From: Wickerhamiella versatilis
Lineage: Eukaryota
Reading direction: 5' to 3'
NCBI GenBank assembly: GCA_030867685.1
Contig: JAQOWU010000008.1
Coordinates: 186,001 to 250,000, forward strand
Length of the DNA: 64,000 nt
Positions 10,301 to 21,504 of the stretch are shown here, piece by piece; the stretch's first letter is position 1; every line of letters begins with the position of its first letter. A program made the position numbers and the translations under genes. The notes beneath the pieces are model-generated. The model was not told the origin of the DNA and made no database searches. It worked only from the letters and a program-made list of their open reading frames with translations.

Positions 10301-11107
10301 ATGCATTTTGGTACAGCATCATTAATTAAGGTCTGGCTTTTAGCTTTTTGCAGGCCGATATTTGCATATAATTGCAATACGACAGCAATACTGGAGCAGA
10401 ATGGTGTATTTCCGGATGTCATAGATCCATTCCCACAGACTGCTCAGATATATGTCAAGTTCCAGAACGCAAGTGTGTGTTTTGGAGATGCAGTGTCGAA
10501 TTCTGATGTTGAAACACGCCCCGAAGTTCAGATTGTCTTCTCAAAGTCTCCCAAAGGTAAATCTTACGTTCTGGCCATGGACGACCCAGATGCTCCCCGT
10601 GAGTTCAGTCAAATATGTCATATGGTTTACGCAGACATCAAACCAGATGTGGAGGCAAATTACATTTATACCGTCGATTATAATGCCTCCAGGGCGCTTG
10701 CACCGTATGTTGCACCTTCACCTGTTGGGCTGGGATATCATCGGTACACAATTGTTGTCTTGGAGCAGGGCGAGAAACCTGTCCAAAATCTTCCGAATCA
10801 TACCATCGTAGGATGTCCTCAATACGAGAACAGACCCAACTGGGGCACCGGTAATATCGGATCTGGATTGAAGGAGTATGCGCGGAAAAATGATTTGACG
10901 CCTGTGGCCATTAACTATTTTCTCGCAGGAAATGTTAATTCATCAACATCAGTAAAATCCTCAAACTGTACCTGTAAACTTCCTACACATTCGTCGCCAT
11001 CCTCCACCCATGGGAGCCCAGTTAGCAATAGTGCCGCCCAAGTGATCCCGACAATCGCGCCTATCATGAGTATTACATTTGCTATTACTTTAGTATGTGC
11101 AGTCTAG
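10301..11107 (+). CDS. PEBP (phosphatidylethanolamine-binding, Tfs1-like) protein with signal peptide and GPI-like tail
   Basis: PDVID, MDDPDAP, FSQICH, G.HRY, RPNWG.G, P.AINYF motifs; hydrophobic termini. Confidence 0.85.
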   Translation: MHFGTASLIKVWLLAFCRPIFAYNCNTTAILEQNGVFPDVIDPFPQTAQIYVKFQNASVCFGDAVSNSDVETRPEVQIVFSKSPKGKSYVLAMDDPDAPREFSQICHMVYADIKPDVEANYIYTVDYNASRALAPYVAPSPVGLGYHRYTIVVLEQGEKPVQNLPNHTIVGCPQYENRPNWGTGNIGSGLKEYARKNDLTPVAINYFLAGNVNSSTSVKSSNCTCKLPTHSSPSSTHGSPVSNSAAQVIPTIAPIMSITFAITLVCAV

Positions 11108-11147
11108 CTATAATTTGAGCCAAATAGGACACAATTATTGTGTCAAA

Positions 11148-12926
11148 CTATATAAATTGAAGTGAGTAAGTACTCCCTATTTCTTTTAGAGCATATCCAT
11201 TTGTATAAATGGTTCTCTTCTTCGTTGATCCATCGGGGAAAAAGCACGCCGCTTCCAGATTTTCAGACTCTGTTTTTTCCAAAACTGAAATTACTCCGTC
11301 CTTCTCGAAATATTTATTTCCTAGGCGCAATGCAGAGCCTATGTCAGCATCATACACGACCCATTCCATCTCGTGATTAATGCTAGAAATGTGAATTCCA
11401 TCCGAAAAAAATTCAAGATTTTCTTCAGACATTTCTGGTAAATGAATGTATCCCCCAATATATGGTGCCTCGAGAATAATTTTCACATCGTCATCATTTA
11501 ACTCCTCATCGAGGTCGATTATGAAACCTGCAGAACTGCAACATAACAGAAACCGACTCTTATATCCGGGAATAGTGCAAAAATCGCGGATCTTCATGGA
11601 AACGTTGAAGTCACATATGTATTTCATCTTATCATGATGGTAATTATAGATCTCAGCACTTGACCCACCATAACAGTCACAAGTTTGGTATAAGATCCAA
11701 GATTCAGAGAGCGGGAAAAATCCATCATTATCACATGATAGTTCATCACCCATATCTCTTGGCTCTAGTACTCCTCGTGTCTGACTGAAATCATATTTCG
11801 AAACCTGTCCTTCTGAGATAACACCAAATCTATCCACATCATTGTCATTATTCGTGGGGTAGAATTTTAATTTACCATATGTCATGTCATCAAAATGAGC
11901 AAGGATCTCAAAGCCATTTAAACAGTATTTCAGAACGTAGAAGGTGCCATATTCGTTATCGCTACAGACGCGCACGGAAATGTAATCGGGGTGGTTTAAA
12001 TTTGGGCTTGCAGGTACTAGTCCAATCTCGAGTATCTCTCCTGATGCAATATATGTGAATCTCGGTTGTTTCAGTCCTTGAAGCGCAGCCAAGGGATACA
12101 TATTGAGCACATTATACCGGCTTACAATCAGTACTGGGGAGTCCAACAGTACAGTGTAAGCAACAATCATGCTTTTTGACCAACCATGGGTATCACCCTG
12201 ATATACAGATACATCATCCCGCATACTCTCTTTCGTATCAAAATAATCTCCTTTCCATTTCCGAATACTTGACTCCATATCGAAAACTTGAGAACTCATA
12301 CTTGTATATATCCATCGGAATATGGCGGGATAATTACAGCGAATACCGAAACACTCTCTAAATGTATTCAGAACAACCGGGGCATTCTCGATGTCCGCCA
12401 GAGTCACTCCCTCACCCACCAAATACGTATTTCTTCTCAGATGATCTTCCAAGTACCGAAAAGTATTTTCTATCGTTAAAGTGACCTCCATGAGTGATTT
12501 CGCACATCCCAGAGTCCGCCGTACAAATGGCTGAGCCTCTGTTTCGACCGAGCGCAGTATTCTGCTCGTCCACATAAGAATTTCATAATGATATGCAGGA
12601 TTATCACCGAGAAGTGCTCTTGTATTATGCGCCAGGCCAATCAAGTATCTGTTCACGACAATCGTTTGGTTTAGTTTCGTATTTACAGCGTCGTCGTACA
12701 ATGCAGGCAACAAACGTTCGATTGGTTCAAAAAGACGTTCATAAGTTTTAGATTCTTCACTGCCAATATTTTGAAAGCTTGCATCAAGGCCCAGTGCTTT
12801 ACTAGATAGATCACCGCCACATATATCTTCAACATAAATGATTTTCACATTCAGCCCTAAAAAATCAACAATGGCCTCGGTGCTGCTTTTTGATCTATGC
12901 CTATATGTGAATAAAGTGACGGCCAT
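11148..12926 (-). CDS. GST-fold (eEF1B-gamma N-terminal-like) domain fused to an unknown acidic beta-rich C-terminal domain
   Basis: YLEDHLRRNTYLVGEGVTLADI and YPAIFRW match the GST C-terminal domain of EF1B-gamma; the remaining ~370 aa are unrecognised. Confidence 0.65.
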   Translation of the reverse strand: MAVTLFTYRHRSKSSTEAIVDFLGLNVKIIYVEDICGGDLSSKALGLDASFQNIGSEESKTYERLFEPIERLLPALYDDAVNTKLNQTIVVNRYLIGLAHNTRALLGDNPAYHYEILMWTSRILRSVETEAQPFVRRTLGCAKSLMEVTLTIENTFRYLEDHLRRNTYLVGEGVTLADIENAPVVLNTFRECFGIRCNYPAIFRWIYTSMSSQVFDMESSIRKWKGDYFDTKESMRDDVSVYQGDTHGWSKSMIVAYTVLLDSPVLIVSRYNVLNMYPLAALQGLKQPRFTYIASGEILEIGLVPASPNLNHPDYISVRVCSDNEYGTFYVLKYCLNGFEILAHFDDMTYGKLKFYPTNNDNDVDRFGVISEGQVSKYDFSQTRGVLEPRDMGDELSCDNDGFFPLSESWILYQTCDCYGGSSAEIYNYHHDKMKYICDFNVSMKIRDFCTIPGYKSRFLLCCSSAGFIIDLDEELNDDDVKIILEAPYIGGYIHLPEMSEENLEFFSDGIHISSINHEMEWVVYDADIGSALRLGNKYFEKDGVISVLEKTESENLEAACFFPDGSTKKRTIYTNGYALKEIGSTYSLQFI

Positions 12927-13048
12927 ATATCACAACAGAAATAAAGTCGTGATATGAGTCACGAGGAGGTGGATAGTGGGGTAAAGACTCATATTACCTA
13001 ATCGGCATGAAATCTGATTCCCGTCCATGAGATAAGTTAAACCCTGCT

Positions 13049-13597
13049 ATGGTCAAATTGCCTTGCATCATCTCTACAGAAAACTTGAAACTACGCCAGG
13101 TTAATGAATCAGATGCTGATGCTATCCACTTGGAGATTATGAGATCCTATGCCACGCTGGCTCCCTGGGTTGAGTGGTTAAACGCAGAGCCGACAATTGA
13201 AGACAGTATAACTTTCCTTCAGCATGCTCATTGCGACTTCGAATGCGGGAAATCAGCCACTATGGGAATATGGGTTAAAGATACCACCCAGTTGGCCGGG
13301 ATCATAACTGCAAGGGAAGTCAAATGGACCATTCCCTCAGCAGAAATTGGCTACTGGGGATCTATTGCCACTGCCGGTAAGGGATACATTAGTGAAGCCC
13401 TGCGTGCACTTTCTGCTTATTTCATGGAAGATCTGAGTTTTGAACGATTGTGGCTTGCCTGCGATGCTAATAACAACGCGAGCATACGTGTGGCTGAGCA
13501 TTCTGGGTTTGAATTCGAGGCACGACTGCGAAATGCGCGTCGCACATCACAAGGCGACCTTACTGATTCTCTTATCTATGCGCGGTTGCATACGTGA
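13049..13597 (+). CDS. RimJ/RimL-family GNAT N-acetyltransferase (bacterial-type)
   Basis: TENLKLR, L.PW..W, AEIGYW, GKGYISEAL, N.ASIRVAE..GF..E motifs. Confidence 0.88.
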   Translation: MVKLPCIISTENLKLRQVNESDADAIHLEIMRSYATLAPWVEWLNAEPTIEDSITFLQHAHCDFECGKSATMGIWVKDTTQLAGIITAREVKWTIPSAEIGYWGSIATAGKGYISEALRALSAYFMEDLSFERLWLACDANNNASIRVAEHSGFEFEARLRNARRTSQGDLTDSLIYARLHT

Positions 13598-13836
13598 TAG
13601 TCAACTTACCTTTCTGCTTGGGGGTCTTACTTGAGAGTTGTATAAAGCTGTGTTACAGTAGATGTACTGTTCTAAGCTAGCGCTTAACATCACAGAGAGG
13701 CACTATATTTTAGCGGTCATATTTGGTCAGGATAGGTAGGTCATAAATGGCTTGATACTCATAAACTAAGCTGCATAGCTAGCTAATAATTTGAACTTCA
13801 CTGTTTCAGTTTAGATACTGGATAATTAGAAACGTC

Positions 13837-15303
13837 CTAAAGTTTTGGACGGTCGAGAGACACATTGAAAGGGGCTGCAGTCTTTTCACGCACCTCCTCA
13901 ATGGATGATCCTGGCTGAACCTCGACCAATGTCAGTCCACTTACTGGATTAACGTGGAAAACTGCCAGGTCAGTGATTATAACCCGCGCCACATTCGCAC
14001 CAGTGAGCGGCAGCTCCGTATTCTCCACAATTTTTGGCTTGCCATCCTTGGAGGTATGTGTTGTGCAAACTATCACTCGCGTATCATGCGGGTTAGCTAC
14101 CAGGTCCATGGCTCCACCCATTCCCTTGATGTTCCCAGGAAGACCCCAGTTTGCCAGGTCCCCGTACTGCGAAACTTCCATAGCGCCTAAAACAGTGACA
14201 TCGAGCTTTCCTCCGCGAATCAGCCCGAAGGACTCGTCGCTGCCGAACAAAGACGCCCCGGGAAGAAGTGTCACGGTTTCTTTTCCGGCGTTTACGAGAT
14301 CAGGATCGACCTGGTCCTCACTTGGCGGGTACGGACCAACGCCCAGAATCCCATTCTCACTCTGGAACGTCACCTGAACTCCCTCGGGCAGATAGCTTGG
14401 GGCCAAAGTAGGAAGACCAACCCCGAGATTCACGTAGGAACCATCATGAAATTCCTTGGCGACCCTCTTTCCAATCTTCTCACGCTGCGCGGAGACACTG
14501 CCTCCTGAACTATTGCTCAGCTTGACCACTTCAAGTTGCTTGGGAGCTGTGGATTGCACAATAGCGTGGACATTGATTCCTGGCACATGCACTTCGTTAG
14601 GGGCGATTTCTCCTGGTTCCACGATCTCATCAGCCTCGACAATAACAAACTTGGCAGCCTTGGCCATTATCATGTTAAAGTTCATCGTTGACCCCCGGAA
14701 TTGTAAATTGCCAAGCTTGTCGGCTCGCCAGCACTTGACAAGAGCGACATCTCCGTGCAGAGGATACTCAAGAATGTACTTACGACCATCTATGACCCTC
14801 GTCTCTTTGGGCTTAGAATACTCGATGACCTCACCGTGCTCGTTGTACTTTATGGGCATTTTTCCCTCCTCAATCCAGGTGTTCACACCGGTCCCAGTAA
14901 AGAAGCCACCGACTCCCGCTCCCGCAGCGCGGATCCGTTCAGCAATCGTACCTTGAGGGGTGAGCTCCACATCGACTTTTCCTGAGAGCCAGCCCTTCAA
15001 CAACGTCTTTGATCTACCGAGATAAGACATGACCAGCTTCGACAACTGGCCCGTATTTACCAGCTTATCCAGACCAATATCATTGATCCCCGCATTGTTC
15101 GATACACAGGTCAACTTATTTATATGGGGGCGTTTTGCAATCTCTGTGAATAGGGTCTCAGGAATGCCACAAAGTCCAAACCCGCCACAGAGAACTGTCT
15201 GGCCCGACTTGAGATGCTTATCCACGAGTGGACCAATCTCAGAAACCTTTGAATGTACTAGCCTTCGGCCTAAACGAGGTAAACAACTGTATGAATGCAT
15301 CAT
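13837..15303 (-). CDS. Mitochondrial succinyl-CoA:3-oxoacid (possibly 3-oxoadipate) CoA-transferase, fused A+B subunits
   Basis: [35 protein letters not shown] (catalytic Glu), GMGGAMDLV; Arg-rich N-terminal presequence; first ATG 15303. Confidence 0.92.
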   Translation of the reverse strand: MMHSYSCLPRLGRRLVHSKVSEIGPLVDKHLKSGQTVLCGGFGLCGIPETLFTEIAKRPHINKLTCVSNNAGINDIGLDKLVNTGQLSKLVMSYLGRSKTLLKGWLSGKVDVELTPQGTIAERIRAAGAGVGGFFTGTGVNTWIEEGKMPIKYNEHGEVIEYSKPKETRVIDGRKYILEYPLHGDVALVKCWRADKLGNLQFRGSTMNFNMIMAKAAKFVIVEADEIVEPGEIAPNEVHVPGINVHAIVQSTAPKQLEVVKLSNSSGGSVSAQREKIGKRVAKEFHDGSYVNLGVGLPTLAPSYLPEGVQVTFQSENGILGVGPYPPSEDQVDPDLVNAGKETVTLLPGASLFGSDESFGLIRGGKLDVTVLGAMEVSQYGDLANWGLPGNIKGMGGAMDLVANPHDTRVIVCTTHTSKDGKPKIVENTELPLTGANVARVIITDLAVFHVNPVSGLTLVEVQPGSSIEEVREKTAAPFNVSLDRPKL

Positions 15304-15568
15304 TGCCACTAGTTGCTTGCACCGATGTGACAACGCCAAGATTCGGAAATGATAGGTTAGGGTTTGGGTATACCAACCTGCTACCTTTCTTTCTTTTTCT
15401 TGGAGCAGGGGCTTACGAAACGCCTAGTTTAAATGTGGGATATGGGCCAGCCTAATTATTGCCAGCCTGAATCGATCGCCGGGATTCCTTCCTCCCCAAA
15501 ATATGGCGATTCCCGCTCACCGATACTAATTGCGGGCTTAATCCAGATTACTAACATCGATCATCTCG

Positions 15569-16246
15569 ATGGCTATCATCAATCCCGCGCGCCTGGCTCG
15601 TCTACAGCAGTGGCCGCTCGTGAAGCCTAATTGGCATTGGCTAAGTGCGACTGTACTGAATGTGTGCAACTACTCTGAGGAAGTGCCCATAATATATCAG
15701 CATGCCCTGAAGACGGAGCCAGAGTCGTCGCATGAGGTGATAACCGCTAAATTTCGAGAAAGCTTATTGAAAAGTGCCTGCTTGATCGGCGTTCCTCGGG
15801 TGATTAATGGTCTTACTGAGTTGAAAAATGTGACACCAGAGCACCTTCGGGCGAAAACCGTTCTTCGCGACACCCACAAGGACTCCTTTGGTTCGGTGGG
15901 GACTGAGCTATTTCACCAGGTATATGGCAAAATAACTGACCGAGTCCATGGCAATATGTACGCGGCATACCCTGATCTAGACTGGTTCGTCACGAATCAT
16001 GAATACGGTCCTTTGCTCAGTTACATGGGCGTGCTCACCCCACGGGAGACCTGCCTAGGTGTGGTGGCGAGTCTAGTGCCTCAGGATGTCAATCCCCAGC
16101 TGAAAGGCCACCTCCGTGGTGCATGGAACAATGGTGCGTCGGTGGAAGAAGTCAATAGCGTGCGTGATTTGTCGTTTGAAATCTCAAAATGGTGCGGCGT
16201 GACGTGGAGGCATGAAATTTCCCACCTAGTACTGAAGAAAAAGTAA
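15569..16246 (+). CDS. AhpD/carboxymuconolactone-decarboxylase-like protein (fungal Pxp2-like)
   Basis: RESLLKS..LIGVPRVINGL, YGPLLS, PQLKGHLRGA.NNGA motifs; divergent from the CoA-transferase gene. Confidence 0.75.
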   Translation: MAIINPARLARLQQWPLVKPNWHWLSATVLNVCNYSEEVPIIYQHALKTEPESSHEVITAKFRESLLKSACLIGVPRVINGLTELKNVTPEHLRAKTVLRDTHKDSFGSVGTELFHQVYGKITDRVHGNMYAAYPDLDWFVTNHEYGPLLSYMGVLTPRETCLGVVASLVPQDVNPQLKGHLRGAWNNGASVEEVNSVRDLSFEISKWCGVTWRHEISHLVLKKK

Positions 16247-17347
16247 AATTGTTGAAATTGGCGTGATACGTGCAGATTGTGCTATGATACAATTAAGTGC
16301 GGCTCCTCGAGAGGCAGGGCATCGACGCAGTATGAAAAATATTATTTCTCTAAAGTGTTGTTCAAGAGAAGCAGAAATCGCTTTGACTTTCCTGAAATGG
16401 TTACATGTCGTTACTAAAGGAAAAGGGCTAGTAACATTTTTCAGAGATAACCAGTGCGGAGGTTCTGTTTCATCGCTGCCAGATCGGAGCTCGAAGCCTT
16501 AAAAACATGCCTATCCAGAAAACGGTGTGTCCTGGACAGACGTTCTTAACCCAAGATTATTTGCGTATGCTCTTGTCTAGACGCCATAATATCCATAAAT
16601 ATGTTTTTTCTGCATCATTATGCTAAAAAAAAATAATTCAATACCATAATGTCTCAGATCTGTACCCCTTCTATCTCATGTAATAATTACATCACTACAT
16701 AAGTTACATAAGCAGTGACATAATTTTCCAGTTCACAGAGTAAACCCGAGTTCGTGCTCGGGACAGTGTGGGGTACGGAGTTGGTCACTAAACGTTTTTT
16801 AGATAATTAGGAATAGTACAACTCCACGTAGAGGTTTTGACTGAGCAGTTTCTCTCATACCAAGGTTAGCGGTGTCGATCATAGTCGCCGGTTGCACCTG
16901 GGCCAATGGAGATCGTGCATATACCGTCCGCTGGTCACAGGTGCACTGACTACTGCATTGTCATCACGTGACTTAATCTTGGTGGGCATATGCACGAGTC
17001 CATCCTAGACCTTCTTAGATTTCGCCGGGTATTCTATATTCATTACTGTATTTCTTACCCCAAGCTCTTATTATAGCCTGTCCCTATGGACTCCGTCATC
17101 TTAACTTACTATAACTTTTTAAAAAGGCGATTTCTAGCGGGAAAAGACCGGAGCTTGTGCACCGAGATTTTTCCCTAACTCTAGAATAATATACCTTATC
17201 TACAGAACGGATTAGTTTTCTTCGAGCAGTGCTATTTTCATCCGTTGTTCTAGTACCCTAACCCACGGTCATGTTAACGGCATTAATACTGAATTTGTCA
17301 TTCAAGCATTCGCACAGCAATTTTAGCTGGTCGTTGAACTGCTTGCA

Positions 17348-18949
17348 ATGCGAAGAAAGCTACGTATCACCCAAGCATGTGATTCGTGTAGAAAACGAAA
17401 GATACGCTGTGACAATACGAAGCCTGTATGCAGTAACTGCAAGCGTCTTGACCAAGAGTGTTCGTTTCCACGCTCGATCGGCAAGGCCCTGAGGCAAACG
17501 TATATCGAAGAACGAATTATATGGCTCCTGATGTGTGCAATGTCTGTTTCAGAAACGATAGGCGGTCTGACACAGTTCTCTGAGCCTATTACCGACCTAT
17601 CAGGGACCCAACAGCAGACCTGCACGACTTATTACAAGATCTTCGACTATCTGTGCAGCTTTGTCACATCATTCCCTTCTGAAATACTGAATGCACCAGA
17701 AATGTTGACTGAATGGCCTTTCAGGTACAACAGAGCGGCGGAAGCATACATGAGACAGGTGTACCTCATGCCTGATGAGAAGTGCAAGCTGACCCCAGAC
17801 CAAGAGGCAAGCATTCTCCAAAAATGGCTTGTCGTATCCCCACAATTCCCCACAAGGGATTTATTGGCTGCTCTTGTTGACAATAATGAACTACTTGACC
17901 GTTCTCTACCATACGAAGTGTGGAATGTGTATATTGCAAGTATCACACTTATTTTGATTAACTCTAATTTGGAGGCGAATAGTAAATTGTTTATCGTATC
18001 TTTCTGTCAGGCACACAAGGCAGCATTGTCACTCAGGCATATAGACCCGAAGCCCGTACATTTTCGTGCGCTCGTCTTTATGATCTCAGCCACATCCATA
18101 TGTGGCTTCTTCACGCAATCGAAGCACCTGATGGTACTTGCTAGGGAAATTGGCTTACGGCTTGGATTACATCGTAAAGAGCAATACATGAAGATGGATC
18201 CGACGATGGCCCGGCATCTTATTATTTCATGGTGGAGCCTCTATGCATATGAAGCAAATTTAGCAATGCTTGCGGGTGATGATCTAGCGAGCTTGGATGG
18301 TGTCACAACACCAATGCCGGAAGTCACTTCGCCGAATATGGAGGTTCTGTCACAAATGGTCAAAGTTTCAAAACTCTATCGACCAATATATAAATTATTT
18401 GTTGCATCATACGAAGATGCAACGATAGATCGAACTGCAGAAGTTAGAGCTCTTGATGAGAAGCTTGATGCGTGGCAAAATGACTTACCTGAGTTTCTTA
18501 GTGATCTGTCGCCACAAAAGGAACCAAAAGCAAAGTTTGCCGCAGGTATGCATATGATGCAGTGTACGATGAGGTGTATTTTATGGTCAAAGCTTGCGCT
18601 GGTTGACAGAAATGCCCATGCTTCGCGGATATGCGAGCAAGTGGCCCGGCGCCTAATTGTGATCTGTGAAAATAGAAACGAGGATTTTGGAAAGCGATAC
18701 GCCATTAAGTCACTTCATATCGATTTTGCATACGGTATCCTCTTTCTGAATGGAGTCCTATTTCCGCATAGACGATGGATTTACCTTGATATACAGCTGA
18801 TGGAGCGCACACTCGATGATTTATCATCGTACGCATTTCCACTGATGGCCGAGGAGATTAAAAAGTCCTCAATTCTCCATCTAGAGATTCTAAAGCATGT
18901 TCTCAACGACACCAAATCATTGCCAATGGCACAGAACCCTTACAACTAA
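17348..18949 (+). CDS. Zn(II)2Cys6 fungal transcription factor
   Basis: ACDSCRKRKIRCDNTKPVCSNCKRLDQEC intact cluster; middle homology region LGLHR..WWSLY. Confidence 0.9.
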   Translation: MRRKLRITQACDSCRKRKIRCDNTKPVCSNCKRLDQECSFPRSIGKALRQTYIEERIIWLLMCAMSVSETIGGLTQFSEPITDLSGTQQQTCTTYYKIFDYLCSFVTSFPSEILNAPEMLTEWPFRYNRAAEAYMRQVYLMPDEKCKLTPDQEASILQKWLVVSPQFPTRDLLAALVDNNELLDRSLPYEVWNVYIASITLILINSNLEANSKLFIVSFCQAHKAALSLRHIDPKPVHFRALVFMISATSICGFFTQSKHLMVLAREIGLRLGLHRKEQYMKMDPTMARHLIISWWSLYAYEANLAMLAGDDLASLDGVTTPMPEVTSPNMEVLSQMVKVSKLYRPIYKLFVASYEDATIDRTAEVRALDEKLDAWQNDLPEFLSDLSPQKEPKAKFAAGMHMMQCTMRCILWSKLALVDRNAHASRICEQVARRLIVICENRNEDFGKRYAIKSLHIDFAYGILFLNGVLFPHRRWIYLDIQLMERTLDDLSSYAFPLMAEEIKKSSILHLEILKHVLNDTKSLPMAQNPYN

Positions 18950-21504
18950 TAATGACGGTGTTCACGTATAGACAAGTGTATAATATATTATACAGTACTG
19001 CCACTGACTATTTCAGACTTCTGGGGTATGATTAATACTGTACTGATCTTAATTAATGCATGTAAGAACATGAAGGGAAGCCTATACTTCCCTGATTTGA
19101 CGATTATCTGGCAATCCCCACAAAAATCAAGCGGGAGCAACCCTAGCTATTCATATGACTAATAATACTCTATTTTGTCGCTTTTGTATTAGCTGCTTGG
19201 ACAGGTGCTGCCCTATAAAAGGTTTAAACAAGCAGCTTGATCTCTCCTCCTCAGTTTACTGATCTCGCAGTAATATATGCTGGGGTTTAGGGGTAGCGCG
19301 GTTTGATAACTCTATGATATATTACATATTACATCATCCAAGGTGGAGGGGATGAAGTAAAAAGATAAGTGATAAAAGAAGCGAGCTCTATTATTGAGCC
19401 AATGTGTCCATCTTTTTCTCTGCAGGATCCAGGCAAGATGTTTGATTTTGCTCTTAAAAAATTGAAATCATCTATGAATATCCCAAGCCAGAGATTGAAT
19501 AAGTTGAAATCAGTGGGGAAGAAAGTGCAGCTGCTACCACTTTAAGGGCCTTTCAGCAACATCTGAGGATCTTGGTAGTTCGTAAAGTAATATTGATTGA
19601 CTATTCGCGAAGTAGTGGAGATTCTCTACTGTTTCTGACTGTAAATACGTGACGATCTACCATTCATTAAATTCTACGATTATTTGCGTCAGCTTTGATT
19701 TCTACAGATGCTTCTAAATGCCTCAGTATTAGTTCGAAGTTATTCAAGTGCTCCAAAGGTTGTGAACTCCACGTGATTTCTTGTCGCAGACTCCAGCGAA
19801 ATTGCTTGGACAAAAGCCAGCGGTATTGCTTTCTTGTCTCCGGTAAAAATGGTTTCTCACCTCACCCAATTCAGAGGATAATTCTCTTTCCTGCACGTTT
19901 ATACTCGAAAACCAGGGGAATTCTCGTAACAATATTCTCTAACAATGGTTCTCAAATGGTCCAAAATCAACTGTATATGAATGGCTGTTTCACTGGAGTA
20001 GGAATACTTTCGATAGTGGACGCGAAATCCATTAGAGAATTGCTATATTCATATTTTATCTGTCGCAAACTCCCATGGGTGTCAATTGTCTAAATATTCT
20101 GACTAGATAGAGAGATAGAGAGGTGCCATTACAGGGCTAAGGTTTATGATGCCCAGTCTTACAAGTAATTCAAAATGCATCTAGAGAGCACGCGGATTAA
20201 CATAGACGTCACTATCAAGTTTCTACCCTATCTAATCGAAAAATTAGATCTCTAAAGTTGAGAAATAGAAAGCACCTTGACTTCTGTTAGGATCGAAGGC
20301 CCTGATGTATCTCACAACCTACCTAGCCTACAATATTAACCTATTGTTGAAAATCTACGCCATAAAATGTCACCTTATAACCACGTCAAGCACTTCATTG
20401 TGGCCGACCAACCATATCTATTTACTTTTCAGTATTAAGATTCAGCATAAGTTTACTAATCCTTTTAATCTAGACTTCAAGATGGATATCATTTACAAGA
20501 GGCGAAGAGCATAGGCCATTAGCTCAGGCTCCCATCCCATTGAAATAACCCCGACTAAGAAGGTACTTGCTTGCACAATATTCTCCCACTTGACCTGCTC
20601 AAGCTAGATTTATTAGCTGCTAAGAGATTGTGTAGCACTCTACGTGCGAGAAGATGTATTGTTGCTCGCATGGATCTGTCAATTCAAGTTAAGGCTATAC
20701 TGTATCTCTCAAAATAAGATATTGCTTTAACAAGCAACCATTGTCAATTATAGACATTGCTTATAGAACCGGATCTATAGCTGATTCAGCTCATTTCGTC
20801 TGGAGTCAGTGCAAGTAGTGACTACTGGATGACCCAGCTATAGACTGTTTCCAACCCATCACAGACAGCACTAATTTTCAGAAATTGAGATTCAAATAAG
20901 ATTAAAGGAACTAATAATTCCATAAGTAGGTTGCTTATCAGACATATGGCATAATGCTAATCTAAGCTTGAAATATCTCACTGAGAAAAGAAAGTCATGG
21001 ATGTGCACAGACAATGCAAAATAATACTAGCAAACGAGGCTTAGACTACAAAGCGGATTACTTCATCCTCGAGAAGATCTCCGAATTCGGGTACGGTTTT
21101 ACAGCGATCTTCAGGTAGTGCAACCAGTCTTAGTGGACTGAATTTTCAGCCAAATGTATTCTGTACTGTATTCTTAAGCATTATTTCGAATATAAATGCT
21201 AGATGAACATGAGGCGTTCAATTAACTTGATGAAAACTCGTATCCGAGCCTAAATGTTTCATAATTGCTGGCTGTTGGGTAAGCGATTGTCGCCAATGAA
21301 AATAGCAAGGCTAAAAACGCCTTCCATGTTGGTTAATATTGACGATATTATTAGTCCCTAGTAATTTACAGGGTTCACCAGGTGAAACGCCACGTTACAA
21401 GCCACAACTTATAATGCCTGCCCCACCTTGTTAATGATAACGTAACGTGGTCACATACTAAGCTGACGCCCGCGATCCCTGAAACCTAACGTCCAGAGCA
21501 AAAT

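Noticed and set aside
13954-15352. Several long plus-strand ORFs over the CoA-transferase, and similar ones over other genes
   Set aside because: Antisense shadows of well-supported genes, with no protein motifs of their own
16745-16762. CCCGAG-N6-CTCGGG inverted repeat, a possible Zn-cluster site
   Set aside because: 6-bp arms are expected by chance in 64 kb, and I saw no second copy
19695-20093. 132-aa plus-strand ORF
   Set aside because: Non-ATG start in a eukaryote, no motifs, atypical composition
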